Below are positions 39,004 through 49,561 of a stretch of DNA of 64,000 nucleotides, piece after piece (the stretch's first letter is position 1; each line of letters begins with the position of its first letter). The notes beneath the pieces are model-generated. The model did no database searches. It worked only from the letters and a program-made list of their open reading frames with translations, and had not been told where the DNA came from. Origin of the DNA: Coleofasciculus sp. B1-GNL1-01 (GTDB lineage Bacteria; Cyanobacteriota; Cyanobacteriia; Cyanobacteriales; Coleofasciculaceae); NCBI GenBank assembly GCA_040220235.1, contig JAVJTO010000004.1. The stretch is one strand, 5' to 3'. The position numbers were made by a program, and so were the translations under genes.

Positions 39004-40713
39004 ATGGATCGATTGAATTTCAAGGTACTCCAGCAATTCTGGACGATCGCCAAATCCTACTGGTTAGGGGATGAGAAATGGCTTGCCAGAGGGTTACTCC
39101 TGAGTGTGGTGCTGTTTCTGCTAGCCTATACGGGATTGAGTGTCCTACTCAATAACAAGCGAGGGGTATTAATCTCAGCCCTTTCCGCCCAGGATGAAGC
39201 TCGCTTCTGGCAAACGGTGATCATTTTCATCGGCGTGCTGGTGATTTATGCACCTCTATTGGCGGGCTATACCTATTTACGCGATCGCCTCAGCCTACAA
39301 TGGCGCAAATGGCTTACCCATCGATTCGTGGATAACTATTTTCGCGATCGCGCCTATTACAATCTGCACATCGGTAAAACCGAGATTGATAACCCAGATC
39401 AGCGAATTGCCGAAGATGTCAGGAGTTTTACCCAAGAGTCTCTCACCTTTTTGCTAGTGTTGGTGGAGTCGGTGCTGTCGGTGATTGCGTTCAGCAGTGT
39501 ACTCTGGGGCATTTCTAAACCGTTGGTGTTTTTTCTGGTGCTGTATGCGCTAATCGGAACCCTGGTGACGACGTTTGTATTTGGTAAGCCCCTGGTGCGA
39601 CTCAACTTTGAACAACTCAAGCGGGAAGCGAATCTCCGGTTTAGCTTGGTGCGAATTCGGGAAAATGCCGAAGCGATCGCGTTTTATCAGGGGGAGGAGC
39701 AGGAGTCGAATCAGGTTAAACAGCGGTTTTTTGATGTGTTTGAGAATGTCAAACGGCTGCTGGTTTGGGAGTTGAATTTGAATATTCTCACCAATGCCTA
39801 TGAATTCATCCCCTTTATCCTACCTGCCCTAGTTGTCGCCCCGGCGATTTTTGCTGGAGAAATGGAGGTGGGTAAAGTGTCTGAGGCGCAGGGAGCCTTT
39901 ATCCGCGTCTTCTTTTCCCTTAATGTTGTAGTTGCCCGTTTCCAGCAATTAACCACCTTTGGTGCTGGAATTAACCGTCTCTATACCTTTGCCGAATTTT
40001 TAGAACAGACAGAAGCAACCCAGGTATCGGATGAGCAGAAGCCACAGATTCAGAGGGTTGAGGCAGAGCGGCTGGCAGTTGAACACTTGAGCCTGCAAAC
40101 GCCTAATTATCAACGGACGTTGGTAGAAGATTTGTCAATAGAGTTACCGACTGGAGAAGGACTTTTAGTCATGGGACCCAGTGGTTGTGGCAAAAGTTCA
40201 CTGCTAAGAGCGATCGCGGGGTTATGGGATTCTGGTAAAGGTAAAATTATTCGACCCAAATTCGACCAGATTCTATTTTTACCCCAGCGTCCTTACATGG
40301 TGCTGGGAACTCTCCGCGATCAATTGCTCTATCCTAACACCGACATTGAAGTTGAGGAGCAACACTTGCAGCAAGTTTTAGAGCAGGTGAACTTAGCGGG
40401 TTTAGATGAACGGTTTGGCGGGTTTGATGCCGAACAGGATTGGGCAGATGTTCTCTCCTTGGGTGAACAACAACGGTTAACCTTTGCCCGGTTGCTGCTG
40501 AACCAACCCCAGTACGCTATTCTGGACGAAGCAACCAGTGCCTTGGATCTGGGGAATGAGGAACGGTTATATCACCATTTGCAGGCGAAAGGGACGACGT
40601 TTTTAAGTGTGGGGCATCGCTCGACGTTGACAAATTACCATCAGTCTTTGCTGGAACTTTCTCAGGACAAAACCTGGCAGATCAAAGAACTTATGGCTGG
40701 GGTTAAAGAATAA
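39004..40713 (+). CDS. ABC transporter fused permease/ATPase (ABCD/YddA-like)
   Basis: DNPDQRI, EAIAFY, GPSGCGKS, LSLGEQQR and LDEATSALD motifs. Confidence 0.93.
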   Translation: MDRLNFKVLQQFWTIAKSYWLGDEKWLARGLLLSVVLFLLAYTGLSVLLNNKRGVLISALSAQDEARFWQTVIIFIGVLVIYAPLLAGYTYLRDRLSLQWRKWLTHRFVDNYFRDRAYYNLHIGKTEIDNPDQRIAEDVRSFTQESLTFLLVLVESVLSVIAFSSVLWGISKPLVFFLVLYALIGTLVTTFVFGKPLVRLNFEQLKREANLRFSLVRIRENAEAIAFYQGEEQESNQVKQRFFDVFENVKRLLVWELNLNILTNAYEFIPFILPALVVAPAIFAGEMEVGKVSEAQGAFIRVFFSLNVVVARFQQLTTFGAGINRLYTFAEFLEQTEATQVSDEQKPQIQRVEAERLAVEHLSLQTPNYQRTLVEDLSIELPTGEGLLVMGPSGCGKSSLLRAIAGLWDSGKGKIIRPKFDQILFLPQRPYMVLGTLRDQLLYPNTDIEVEEQHLQQVLEQVNLAGLDERFGGFDAEQDWADVLSLGEQQRLTFARLLLNQPQYAILDEATSALDLGNEERLYHHLQAKGTTFLSVGHRSTLTNYHQSLLELSQDKTWQIKELMAGVKE

Positions 40714-40721
40714 TCGGAGTA

Positions 40722-40841
40722 CCCGCAAGGGACTCAAGTCCCTTGCTAATAGCTTAAGTCCTTTAAAGAGGACTGCAATCCTCTCCGCCAATCCGTTGAA
40801 ACGGACTTTGGCTATGAGACAGGGGTTTGAACCCCTGGCGG
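40722..40841. repeat. Four-hairpin REP-like repeat
   Basis: GCAAGGGACT/AGTCCCTTGC, AGTCCT/AGGACT, TCCGTT/AACGGA and CAGGGGTT/AACCCCTG stems. Confidence 0.7.
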
Positions 40842-40886
40842 GATAACAACGGGTTAGGATTTAGGGTAGTGGGTTCTTATCGAAGT

Positions 40887-41153
40887 ATGGCAAAGCAGAA
40901 AAATCCCCTCACCGGAGAAGCACTGATAAAAGAAGTCTGTCGGCGGATTCGGGTTGCCCGTAGCTACTGGGATGCTCATAATAACGCGGCTTGTCGGGGA
41001 GAGCGAGAACGGGCTTTAGCCCTTTACAACACGCTGACTAAAGAACAAAAAGAGCAGATTCCCCAAGTATTGCGGGTGTGGCTGCGCTACCGCAGTGAAA
41101 AGTATTTTGGCGCACATCGAACGCCACCCAAATCAAAACGCAAGTCGAAATAG
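40887..41153 (+). CDS. Small basic hypothetical protein
   Basis: 88-aa ORF with natural helical composition (ARSYWDAHNNAACR). Confidence 0.7.
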   Translation: MAKQKNPLTGEALIKEVCRRIRVARSYWDAHNNAACRGERERALALYNTLTKEQKEQIPQVLRVWLRYRSEKYFGAHRTPPKSKRKSK

Positions 41154-41334
41154 AATGAAGCAGACATTTGTGTCAAGAAGATATTTCATTCCAGGGGTTC
41201 GCGTTCAGGTTTTGCCTAAACTTAATATGCCAGAGATCAACTCATTCAAGGACGGGGGGAACTTCAGGTTAACTTTACTTTTGTCCGACTACTTATGATA
41301 ATAGGGTAAATTTATCTATTGATTGATTAGACGC

Positions 41335-42180
41335 TTGAAACAACGACTAGATACCTTATTAGTAGACCTTAACTTATGCGAATCCCGACAACAGGCACAA
41401 CGGCTGATTCGGGCGGGAGAAGTGCGGGTGAATCAGCAGCTTGTTGATAAACCGGGAACTGAAATAGACACAACCGCCGAGATTAAAATTAATCAAAAAT
41501 CCCCTTATGTTTCTAGAGGTGGGGAAAAGTTAGTCAAAGCCTTAGACGAGTTTGGTATAGCGGTAGCCGGACGTATTTGCTTAGATGGCGGTATTTCCAC
41601 GGGAGGCTTTACCGACTGCTTACTACAAAAGGGGGCAAAACGGGTTTACGGTGTTGATGTAGGATATGGACAAGTGGCTTGGACATTGCGAAATGATGAC
41701 CGGGTGATTTTGAAGGAACGCACAAATTTACGCTATTTGCAACCTGCTGATTTATATGGAGAACCCCTCGGAATAGACGAGGAGGATAAGGAGGAGATTT
41801 ATCCAGATTTAGGGGTTGTCGATGTGTCGTTTATTTCCCTGACAAAAATCCTAGAAGCCTTGTGGAACCTGCTACAAGCACCGCGTGAGGTGGTGTTACT
41901 GGTGAAGCCACAGTTTGAAGTGGGACGAGAACGGGTTGGCAAAAAGGGCGTAGTGCGCGATCCTAAGGATCAGGCTGGCGCGATCGCCCAAATTTTACCA
42001 GCCGCCCAGAATTTAGGTTGGGTCTATCAAGGCTTAACTTGGTCACCTATTACGGGTCCTGCGGGTAATATTGAATATCTGCTCTGGCTAGGAATGGATA
42101 GTCAAATTCAGAGTCCTGATTTAAGTGAAATTCAAGACATCACTCAATCAGCTACCGCTTATTTTCGAGAGAAACCTTGA
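41335..42180 (+). CDS. tlyA: TlyA family rRNA 2'-O-methyltransferase
   Basis: S4 domain; YVSRGGEKL, STGGFTD, DVSFISL, LVKPQFE and GNIEYL motifs. Confidence 0.95.
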   Translation: MKQRLDTLLVDLNLCESRQQAQRLIRAGEVRVNQQLVDKPGTEIDTTAEIKINQKSPYVSRGGEKLVKALDEFGIAVAGRICLDGGISTGGFTDCLLQKGAKRVYGVDVGYGQVAWTLRNDDRVILKERTNLRYLQPADLYGEPLGIDEEDKEEIYPDLGVVDVSFISLTKILEALWNLLQAPREVVLLVKPQFEVGRERVGKKGVVRDPKDQAGAIAQILPAAQNLGWVYQGLTWSPITGPAGNIEYLLWLGMDSQIQSPDLSEIQDITQSATAYFREKP

Positions 42181-42197
42181 ATCCAATTTATCTGGGG

Positions 42198-42263
42198 ATC
42201 AGAGCGGGTTTTGTCGTTCAGTTACAGGAAATAAGGAAGGTTAATCCCTAAACTCGCCCCTAC
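42198..42263. repeat. REP doublet
   Basis: GCGGGTTT...AAACTCGCCCCTAC arms. Confidence 0.75.
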
Positions 42264-42288
42264 CAATCCACAGGTTGTGTATGTTACC

Positions 42289-42591
42289 TTAAGATTCCCT
42301 GGGTTGGTAGTCGCAACAGTTATCACAAGGACCTGACGGATTAACCGCACAGCGGATATAAGCCGAACGAGCATTAAATCGACAGGTAATATCACCAATT
42401 AAATAACCAACCCCTTCCAGATAATACTGATCAGGCGGTAATGGATTTCTTGGCAGTACCCTAGCCGTTGTTGATGCTTGAATCGAGTTTCTTAACCGGA
42501 TTTGCGCTTGCTCCTTGGCTCTACGCATCACCCATATCGAAAGCACTGGGGGAGTCAAACCTAAGACAAACACAATAATTGTCTCGAACAT
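42289..42591 (-). CDS. DUF6464-like cyanobacterial membrane protein
   Basis: N-terminal TM segment; IGDITCRFNARSAYIRCAVNPSGPC Cys motif. Confidence 0.8.
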   Translation of the reverse strand: MFETIIVFVLGLTPPVLSIWVMRRAKEQAQIRLRNSIQASTTARVLPRNPLPPDQYYLEGVGYLIGDITCRFNARSAYIRCAVNPSGPCDNCCDYQPRES

Positions 42592-42894
42592 GGTTTTTTC
42601 TCCCAGGTGACTTTACTTAACCTCGTAATCCCCTACTATACCTAATTAGGGCTTGCTGCACAAACTCAAAACCGCAAAGCCCATCAATACTTTGAGCTTT
42701 ATTTACAGAGGGTTTTCTTCTAGGAAATGGCGTAGCATCCTTCATAAGTATGGCATCACCTTGCTCAGGAAAAATGTACCCTTGCTTCCCCAGCTCCCAG
42801 ACGTAGCATGCTACGTCTCTACATTGCTCCCCCAGCTCCCCCTTACCACAACACTGATTCAGCAGCCCCTAATTAGGGCTAGTGGGGGAGGATA

Positions 42895-43293
42895 TCAACT
42901 CACCATCTGATAGACTGACTCTTCAATTCGCTCCTGAATTTCCGGCATATTCTCAAAACCGCGTACAATTTCTCTCATTCGCACCCGCTTAGCTTGGAGC
43001 GCTGTTTGTAGCAGTTTCATCGCTTCCTTTGGCTTACCGCAGCCGCAAAAAAATAAATCAGCGGCAAAATAACCATGTTCGGGCCAAGTATGGATGGCAA
43101 TATGAGACTCCGCCAATGTCGCTGTCGCCGTGACTCCGTGGGGACTAAACTGGTGTACACATAAATCAATTAGAGTTCCTTCTCCAACAGAAATCGCATC
43201 AATTAAGGCGCGGCGAATTCCCTCAGGATCATTGAGAAGGTCTTCAGGCGCTTCCCATGCGTCAACGACCAGATGAGTTCCCACTTGTTTCAT
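42895..43293 (-). CDS. speD: S-adenosylmethionine decarboxylase proenzyme
   Basis: LAESHIAIHTWPE and DLFFCG motifs. Confidence 0.95.
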   Translation of the reverse strand: MKQVGTHLVVDAWEAPEDLLNDPEGIRRALIDAISVGEGTLIDLCVHQFSPHGVTATATLAESHIAIHTWPEHGYFAADLFFCGCGKPKEAMKLLQTALQAKRVRMREIVRGFENMPEIQERIEESVYQMVS

Positions 43294-44130
43294 TCTACTC
43301 GATCTACTCCACCCAATAAGATTTCAAAGACTCTATTTATAGCATAGACTTAATTCAGTCCTCAACTCATTAGAGATTTAACCCGATTCAGTATCAATGG
43401 CACTCTTTTGTTCCTTAGCACAGCATGGCGTAAATTTACCAACCCTTAAAATCCGTTGTACCTCGGCATGACAACAGAAATTTGACAGATGCCAGATATT
43501 GCGTCTAGATATGACTCCTGACTTCCGCCTAGGGGTACTAGGCGCTACAGCTAAGGCGCTCTATCCAACTTCATCTATTGATTAGGGTAACAAATAAATT
43601 ATACCTTGGAGCAAATAACCCCGATTTCCGAGATCATTGAACTTGGTTCTATGCCGCCAAACAATTTTGCTTGAAAACTTCCATCACAATCTACTCCTAA
43701 AATCATCCCTCTTAAGCATGACCCGCTTAAGTTATAAATGGAGCAAATCTTTCCCACATTTCGCCACTTAATTATCTCTCAACCTAGAGTCGTTGACAAT
43801 CTCATGAGGTGAGAAAATCTCTCATAAAGCACCCGGAAAGTTATGAACTCCAGTTAGACCTGAAAGTTGATCGCTAACCTGCTACCCTAAGTTTGGGGTC
43901 TTATTTGACTCAATGGCGACGTGATGATAGTCAACTATCCCACACTCACCTTAGGGAGAGAACGCGGCTGGCGGGAAACTGAAAGTCTTGTTGACCCGCC
44001 TAAGTTCCTAACCACTGGAACTAAGGTATCGGGGTCATGACACCCACAAATGCGTACCCGTTTGCAATTCTATCGTCTGAAGTTAAACCCTTTAAAGTGG
44101 ACGCCAGGTTTTGCTAACCAGAAAACTGCG

Positions 44131-45300
44131 ATGAATTCTATATTTTCACCCATTCAAAAAGTTCTAATCACATGGTTGCTGGTGTTAGTAACAGGTTGGG
44201 CGACGCTGAGTGCGCTGAGTTATGTAGGCGAAATCATTAGTATTTTGCTCACGGCATCTCTGATTGCATTTTTGCTCAACTATGCCGTTCGGGTACTGCG
44301 ACCCTTCTTACCTCGAACAGTGGCGGCGATTTTGGTTTATTTAGTCGCGGCGGTTTTTGTTGTCTTCATTGCCCTCACGCTAGCACCACCCGTATTTAAT
44401 CAAGGACGGCAATTAGTAACTCGGTTTCCCGAATTACTCGAACAAGGTCAACAGCAATTGGTGGACTTTCAAGCGTGGAGTTTGGAACATAATTTGCCCT
44501 TTGATGTGCGAATTTTAGGGTCTCAAATGTTGGCACGTATTCAAGCTCAAGCCGAAGCGATCGCGTCCACAGGTTTGGGCTTAGTTGTGGGGACATTTAG
44601 CTGGTTTATCGACTTAATTTTAGTCCTCGTTCTGTCGTTTTACATGCTCATTGATGGTGAACGACTATGGCGCGGTATTACCAGTATTGTCTCTGCCAAA
44701 ATTCGTTATGGATTAACTCAAGCACTGCGACGCAATCTTCAGCGGTTTGTATCTGGTCAACTCTTACTGGGGTTATTTATGGCAACAACATTAACCTTGG
44801 GCTTCCGTTTATTACAAGTGCCGTTTTTTCTGCTGTTTGCTGTTTTTATCGGCTTTATGGAGATTATTCCCTTTGTTGGTGCCACTCTGGGAATTGCTAC
44901 TGTAGTCATTGTTGTCGCCTTTATTGATTGGTGGCTAGCTTTGGAAGTCTTGGGAGTATCTGTCGCCTTGCAGCAGATCAAAGATAATTTAATTGCTCCC
45001 CGAATTATGGGCAACTTAACGGGTTTATCGCCCGTGATTATTCTAACGTCTTTGTTATTGGGGGCTAAAATTGGCGGAATCTTGGGCGTCATTCTGGCGA
45101 TTCCGGTGACGGGTGTGGTGAAAAGTTTGGCGGAAATTGTACTTGACCCCACGTTACCACCTCAGACGGGAGATTTTTTCTCCAATCCTTTGAACGAAAA
45201 AAAATCCCAGAATACTTTGGCGATCGCGGCTAATACCGATGCTGATTCTGATAGTTCTAGTCAAGAGGCTCAGGGAATGGAACAATCAGAGACAATTTAA
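44131..45300 (+). CDS. AI-2E family transporter
   Basis: IIPFVG, PRIMG..LSP and GGILGVILAIP motifs. Confidence 0.92.
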   Translation: MNSIFSPIQKVLITWLLVLVTGWATLSALSYVGEIISILLTASLIAFLLNYAVRVLRPFLPRTVAAILVYLVAAVFVVFIALTLAPPVFNQGRQLVTRFPELLEQGQQQLVDFQAWSLEHNLPFDVRILGSQMLARIQAQAEAIASTGLGLVVGTFSWFIDLILVLVLSFYMLIDGERLWRGITSIVSAKIRYGLTQALRRNLQRFVSGQLLLGLFMATTLTLGFRLLQVPFFLLFAVFIGFMEIIPFVGATLGIATVVIVVAFIDWWLALEVLGVSVALQQIKDNLIAPRIMGNLTGLSPVIILTSLLLGAKIGGILGVILAIPVTGVVKSLAEIVLDPTLPPQTGDFFSNPLNEKKSQNTLAIAANTDADSDSSSQEAQGMEQSETI

Positions 45301-45429
45301 GCCCTCAACTAAAGCCCTCAACTAAAGTTGGGGCTAAAAGCTTAAACCCGTTAAAACGGGTTCAAAGGCTTACTTAGTAAGCTCGATTCTTGCTTTAGCT
45401 CCAAGATAAGAAAGTTATTGGCAGGCTTC

Positions 45430-45557
45430 TTAAGGTGAATAGCACTGAAATAATATGAGTTCGTAGTCGGCACGAAGCGTGCCTCAAGCGCTAAAGCGCT
45501 CACTACAAACGCTTAAGTCAGTGACATTCTTCTTAAGGTCAGCGACATTCTCCTTAA
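45430..45557. mobile_element. TTAA-ended MITE-like element with REP cargo and a duplicated right end
   Basis: TTAAGGTGAATAGCACTGA / TCAGTGACATTCTTCTTAA 15/19 inverted match; second right end at 45539-45557. Confidence 0.6.
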
Positions 45558-45617
45558 CCTATTGAGAGCGAACAACCTCTATACTAACGGGGTCAAGATA
45601 GGATCTCAGCATAAACC

Positions 45618-46628
45618 ATGTCCTACCAACGAGAAAAACAAGTTGCTATCCAAGCTGTAACGGCTGCGGCTCAATTGTGTGAACAAGTGCGTCAGGAAGA
45701 AGGTTCCTTAACCCTAACCAAACCCGATCGCTCTCCGGTGACGGTGGCTGATTTTGGTACACAAGCGGTTATTTGTCGGGTATTAGCCGAGGCGTTTCCC
45801 GGTGATTCCATCGTGGGTGAGGAAAACTCTAGCTTGTTGCGACAACCGGCGATGACGCAGCAGTTGACAGGGGTGACGCATTATGTTAAGTCTCAGATTG
45901 CTGAAGCGACACCGGAAACAATTATCACCTGGATTGATCGGGGTACGGGTCAAGTGGCAGATCGCTATTGGACACTTGATCCGATTGATGGGACAAAAGG
46001 TTATGTGCGGGGTGACAATTACGCGATCGCCTTAGCGTTAATTGAAGACGGTGAGGTCAAACTGGGGGTGTTAGGATGTCCGGCGATTCCGATTCATCCC
46101 CAGCAACCGGATGGCGATCGCGGCGTTCTGTTTGTCGGTGTCAAAGGACAAGGGACAACCCTCATCCCCCTCGCCGGAGGTCAACCTCAGACGATCCGTG
46201 TCAATGAATGCGATCGCATTGAGTCGCTGCGATTAGTCAAAAGCGTAGAATCGTCTCATGGGAACCCCGAATTGGAAGCCGCTATCACTCAATCCCTAGG
46301 TTTTACAACCCCCTCCCTCCAGATTGATTCCATGGTCAAATACGGCATTATTGCACGAGGGGAAGCCGATCTCTACATCCGTTTACCGTTTCCCCTGGAG
46401 TCCTCAAAACGGCAAAATATTTGGGATCATGCGGCGGGTGTTGTGGTCTTGGAAGAAGCCGGGGGACGAGTCACCGATATGTATGGTAAACCCTTAGACT
46501 TTGCCTGTGGGACGAAGCTGTTCAACAATCAGGGGATTATTGCCAGTAACGGGGCGATTCATGATGCGGTGTTAGCCGCCGTAGCACAGGAGATTCAAGC
46601 CGCTAAGACATCCCAATCCACACCCTAG
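45618..46628 (+). CDS. 3'(2'),5'-bisphosphate nucleotidase, HAL2/SAL1 type
   Basis: KPDRSPVTVAD, GEE, LDPIDGTKG and IWDHAAG motifs. Confidence 0.92.
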   Translation: MSYQREKQVAIQAVTAAAQLCEQVRQEEGSLTLTKPDRSPVTVADFGTQAVICRVLAEAFPGDSIVGEENSSLLRQPAMTQQLTGVTHYVKSQIAEATPETIITWIDRGTGQVADRYWTLDPIDGTKGYVRGDNYAIALALIEDGEVKLGVLGCPAIPIHPQQPDGDRGVLFVGVKGQGTTLIPLAGGQPQTIRVNECDRIESLRLVKSVESSHGNPELEAAITQSLGFTTPSLQIDSMVKYGIIARGEADLYIRLPFPLESSKRQNIWDHAAGVVVLEEAGGRVTDMYGKPLDFACGTKLFNNQGIIASNGAIHDAVLAAVAQEIQAAKTSQSTP

Positions 46629-47004
46629 TCCAACCAAAGAAGGCTCCCCTTATTTTGCCATTCACGATTTAATGTGTAATGATTACGGCGATCGGGTAGC
46701 TTGGCGAACACAAACACTGAAATATAGTAGTACTAAGACAGGGCGTGGACATTCTGTACTGTTCCCTGTTTCCTCTTGGACTAACTGATGTCCTTTCCGT
46801 ATCCCGTAGTGCTATATAGGTAAAACGTTCACCGAGCTACCCAGAATTTGGATACGACTTGGCATACTACAATTTAACGTGCGGAGTCTGGGGTTCAAGG
46901 TTAGCCTAACAGCAAGCCCTGTATTTCAGAGTAATATTGTTGTATTACTATTAGTTTTTTAAATTATCGTTATAATCAGAGTAAAATAATGTTGAAATGT
47001 TATA

Positions 47005-47166
47005 TACAGCGCTTTGCGCTGTAATAAAGTACAGTAGATCAAAGTCCCCCTTCAGATCCCCCTTCCGTCCCCCTTCAAAAGGGGGAAGCCAGAGGATGCT
47101 TCGCTTTTATTGCACGGGGATTTAGGGGGATCGACAATGTACCGCATAGCAGAGCAAACTGCTGTA
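47005..47166. mobile_element. MITE-like element with about 29-bp imperfect terminal inverted repeats
   Basis: TACAGCGCTTTGCGCTG..GTACA / TGTAC..CAGAGCAAACTGCTGTA; internal CCCCCTT/AAGGGGG hairpins. Confidence 0.65.
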
Positions 47167-47405
47167 ATACCCAATAAAACATCAGGGACATATCGGCAGC
47201 AACGTGAATTTTGACAGGGTGTCGATGAACATCACGATTGCGCCAGTAACAGTAATCTGAGTCACAAGATTTTGCTAACTCTCTTTATAGCTGCAACTCC
47301 GCTTATCTAAAGCATCACAGGTTTTATAGGTGCAAATCAGTGATCTTTATGTCACTATCAGGATAATAAATTCAGCCCCACACATCCTTAGATTTAGCCA
47401 GCGTC

Positions 47406-48920
47406 ATGAAAGCATCCCCCGCCATTTCCGGCAAAACTATGCTAGATAAATTACTCAGCAACTTGATGAAAGTTCTCATTGAAAATGGTGGGGCGCAAAC
47501 CGGATTTATTCTTTTAAATAAAACAGGAGAATGGGTAATTGAAGCGTCTGGCAAGGTTGATTCTGGCAACGTTACAGTTTTACAGTCCATTCCTATTGAG
47601 AAACATTTACCCACATCTATTATTCACTATGTCACCCGTACTAAAGAAACTATTGTTGAGAAGGAAGCTGCACAACATGGAAACTTTACTCATGACCCCT
47701 ATATCAAACTGAATTCAACTAAATCTATTTTATGTGCGCCACTGATCAATCAAGGTCAACTCAGTGGTATTGTCTATCTGGAAAATAATCTCACCACAGG
47801 CGCTTTTACTCCTGATAGATTAGAAATTATACAACTCTTATCCGGGCAAGCTGCGATCGCCATGGATAATGCTCAACTCTACAACAACCTTGAACAAAAA
47901 GTCACCCAACGCACCCAGGAACTCGCCCAAGCCCTCGAAGAACTCAAAACAACCCAAGATGAACTGATTCAAAAAGAAAAAATGGCGGCATTGGGACAAC
48001 TCATTGCAGGCATTGCCCATGAAATTAATACTCCTCTAGGAGCCATTCGATCCTCGGCTAGAACGATTGCTAAATTCCTCGACCAAACCCTAGAACAGTT
48101 ACCCGCACTGCTTAAATCTCTCTCAACAGAAGACTCTGCTGTTTTCCTAGCGTTACTGCAACGCTCACTGCAACAGCAATCAACAGTTTCCACGAAAGAA
48201 GAGCGTAAGTTGAAGAGAACCCTAAGACGGGAACTGGAAAACTCAGACATTGCTGATGCCGATATCATTGCTGAGAAGCTAGTCATTATGGGAATTACAG
48301 ATGAAATTGCCAGCTTGATGCCCTTGGTACAAAGACCGGATAGTTGTCAAATCTTAGACGTTGCCTATAAACTGTCTGAACTCAAACGAGGTACTGCTAC
48401 AATTAACACTTCCACCGACAGAGCCTCGAAAGTAGTATTTGCTCTGAAGACTTATTCTCGCTATGACCAGTCGGGAGAAAAGATAAGAGTGAAGCTGACT
48501 GAGGGGATTGAAACGGTTTTAGTTCTCTATCACAATCAACTCAAACAGGGAGTTGAGGTTATCCGAAACTACGCCGAAATTCCACCTGTATCTTGTTATC
48601 CTGATGAATTAAATCAAGTGTGGACAAATCTGATCCATAATGCCTTACAAGCGATGGATAACCGGGGAACTTTAACCATTGATGTCACTCAAGAGAATCA
48701 ACAGGCTAAGATTAGCATTACCGATAGTGGTTGTGGCATACCCGAAGAAATCAAAGGGAAAATATTTAATCCATTTTTTACCACGAAACCGACCGGAGAA
48801 GGAAGTGGCTTAGGACTTGATATTGTCAAGAAAATCATTGATAAGCATGCGGGCAACCTGACTGTAGAAAGCCAGCCAGGTCAGACAACCTTCAATGTTT
48901 TTCTCCCCATGCAGTCTTAG
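47406..48920 (+). CDS. GAF sensor histidine kinase, probably 5'-truncated
   Basis: GAF (YLENN), AHEINTP H-box, NLIHNA, FFTTK and GSGLGL motifs. Confidence 0.88.
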   Translation: MKASPAISGKTMLDKLLSNLMKVLIENGGAQTGFILLNKTGEWVIEASGKVDSGNVTVLQSIPIEKHLPTSIIHYVTRTKETIVEKEAAQHGNFTHDPYIKLNSTKSILCAPLINQGQLSGIVYLENNLTTGAFTPDRLEIIQLLSGQAAIAMDNAQLYNNLEQKVTQRTQELAQALEELKTTQDELIQKEKMAALGQLIAGIAHEINTPLGAIRSSARTIAKFLDQTLEQLPALLKSLSTEDSAVFLALLQRSLQQQSTVSTKEERKLKRTLRRELENSDIADADIIAEKLVIMGITDEIASLMPLVQRPDSCQILDVAYKLSELKRGTATINTSTDRASKVVFALKTYSRYDQSGEKIRVKLTEGIETVLVLYHNQLKQGVEVIRNYAEIPPVSCYPDELNQVWTNLIHNALQAMDNRGTLTIDVTQENQQAKISITDSGCGIPEEIKGKIFNPFFTTKPTGEGSGLGLDIVKKIIDKHAGNLTVESQPGQTTFNVFLPMQS

Positions 48921-48977
48921 CCGTAACCCAGGACTGACAATCAAGACGAATAACCAATGACTAAGGACGAATGACCA

Positions 48978-49379
48978 ATGAGTAAACCCATTATTTTATG
49001 TGTTGACGACGAAAAAGACATTTTACAGAGTCTGAGAACGCAAATCATGGAGGCATTTGGCAATGCCTACGGCTACGAAGTGGCGGAAGATGCGGATGAG
49101 GCTTTAGAAGTCATCGATGAACTCATCGAGGATGAAATGCAAATTATTATTATTGTCTCGGATTGGTTAATGCCTGGGATGAAAGGAGATGAGTTTCTAA
49201 TTAAAGTGCATCAGCAATTTCCTAACGTAGTTAAAATTATGCTCACGGGTCAAGCCGATGAAGTTGCCATTCAACGAGCCAAAGAGCAAGCCAACCTCCA
49301 TTGCTGCTTATTTAAGCCTTGGTCTGAACCTGAATTAATAGAAATCCTAAAATCCGGTTTAGCCCAACTTGACTCATAA
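48978..49379 (+). CDS. Single-domain response regulator
   Basis: CVDDE, SDWLMP, LTG and KPW motifs. Confidence 0.93.
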   Translation: MSKPIILCVDDEKDILQSLRTQIMEAFGNAYGYEVAEDADEALEVIDELIEDEMQIIIIVSDWLMPGMKGDEFLIKVHQQFPNVVKIMLTGQADEVAIQRAKEQANLHCCLFKPWSEPELIEILKSGLAQLDS

Positions 49380-49561
49380 GACGGTCAGGATGAAATTAAC
49401 CCACGAAAAATGATCTAAGTAGGTTAGTGGAAATAAACTCAACCTTATGAAGTTATGTTAACAAGCCTCAAACCCTTACAAATGACACATGACGAATGAC
49501 GTAGCTTGCTTCTCGCGAAAGCGAATTCCCCACCGTTAACTTTAATTGTCCCCGCCTACTT

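Noticed and set aside
43500..43548. glnA glutamine riboswitch-like hairpin plus GGAAGT on the minus strand upstream of speD
   Set aside because: P1 pairing and the second GAAG element are absent; an Rfam scan would settle it
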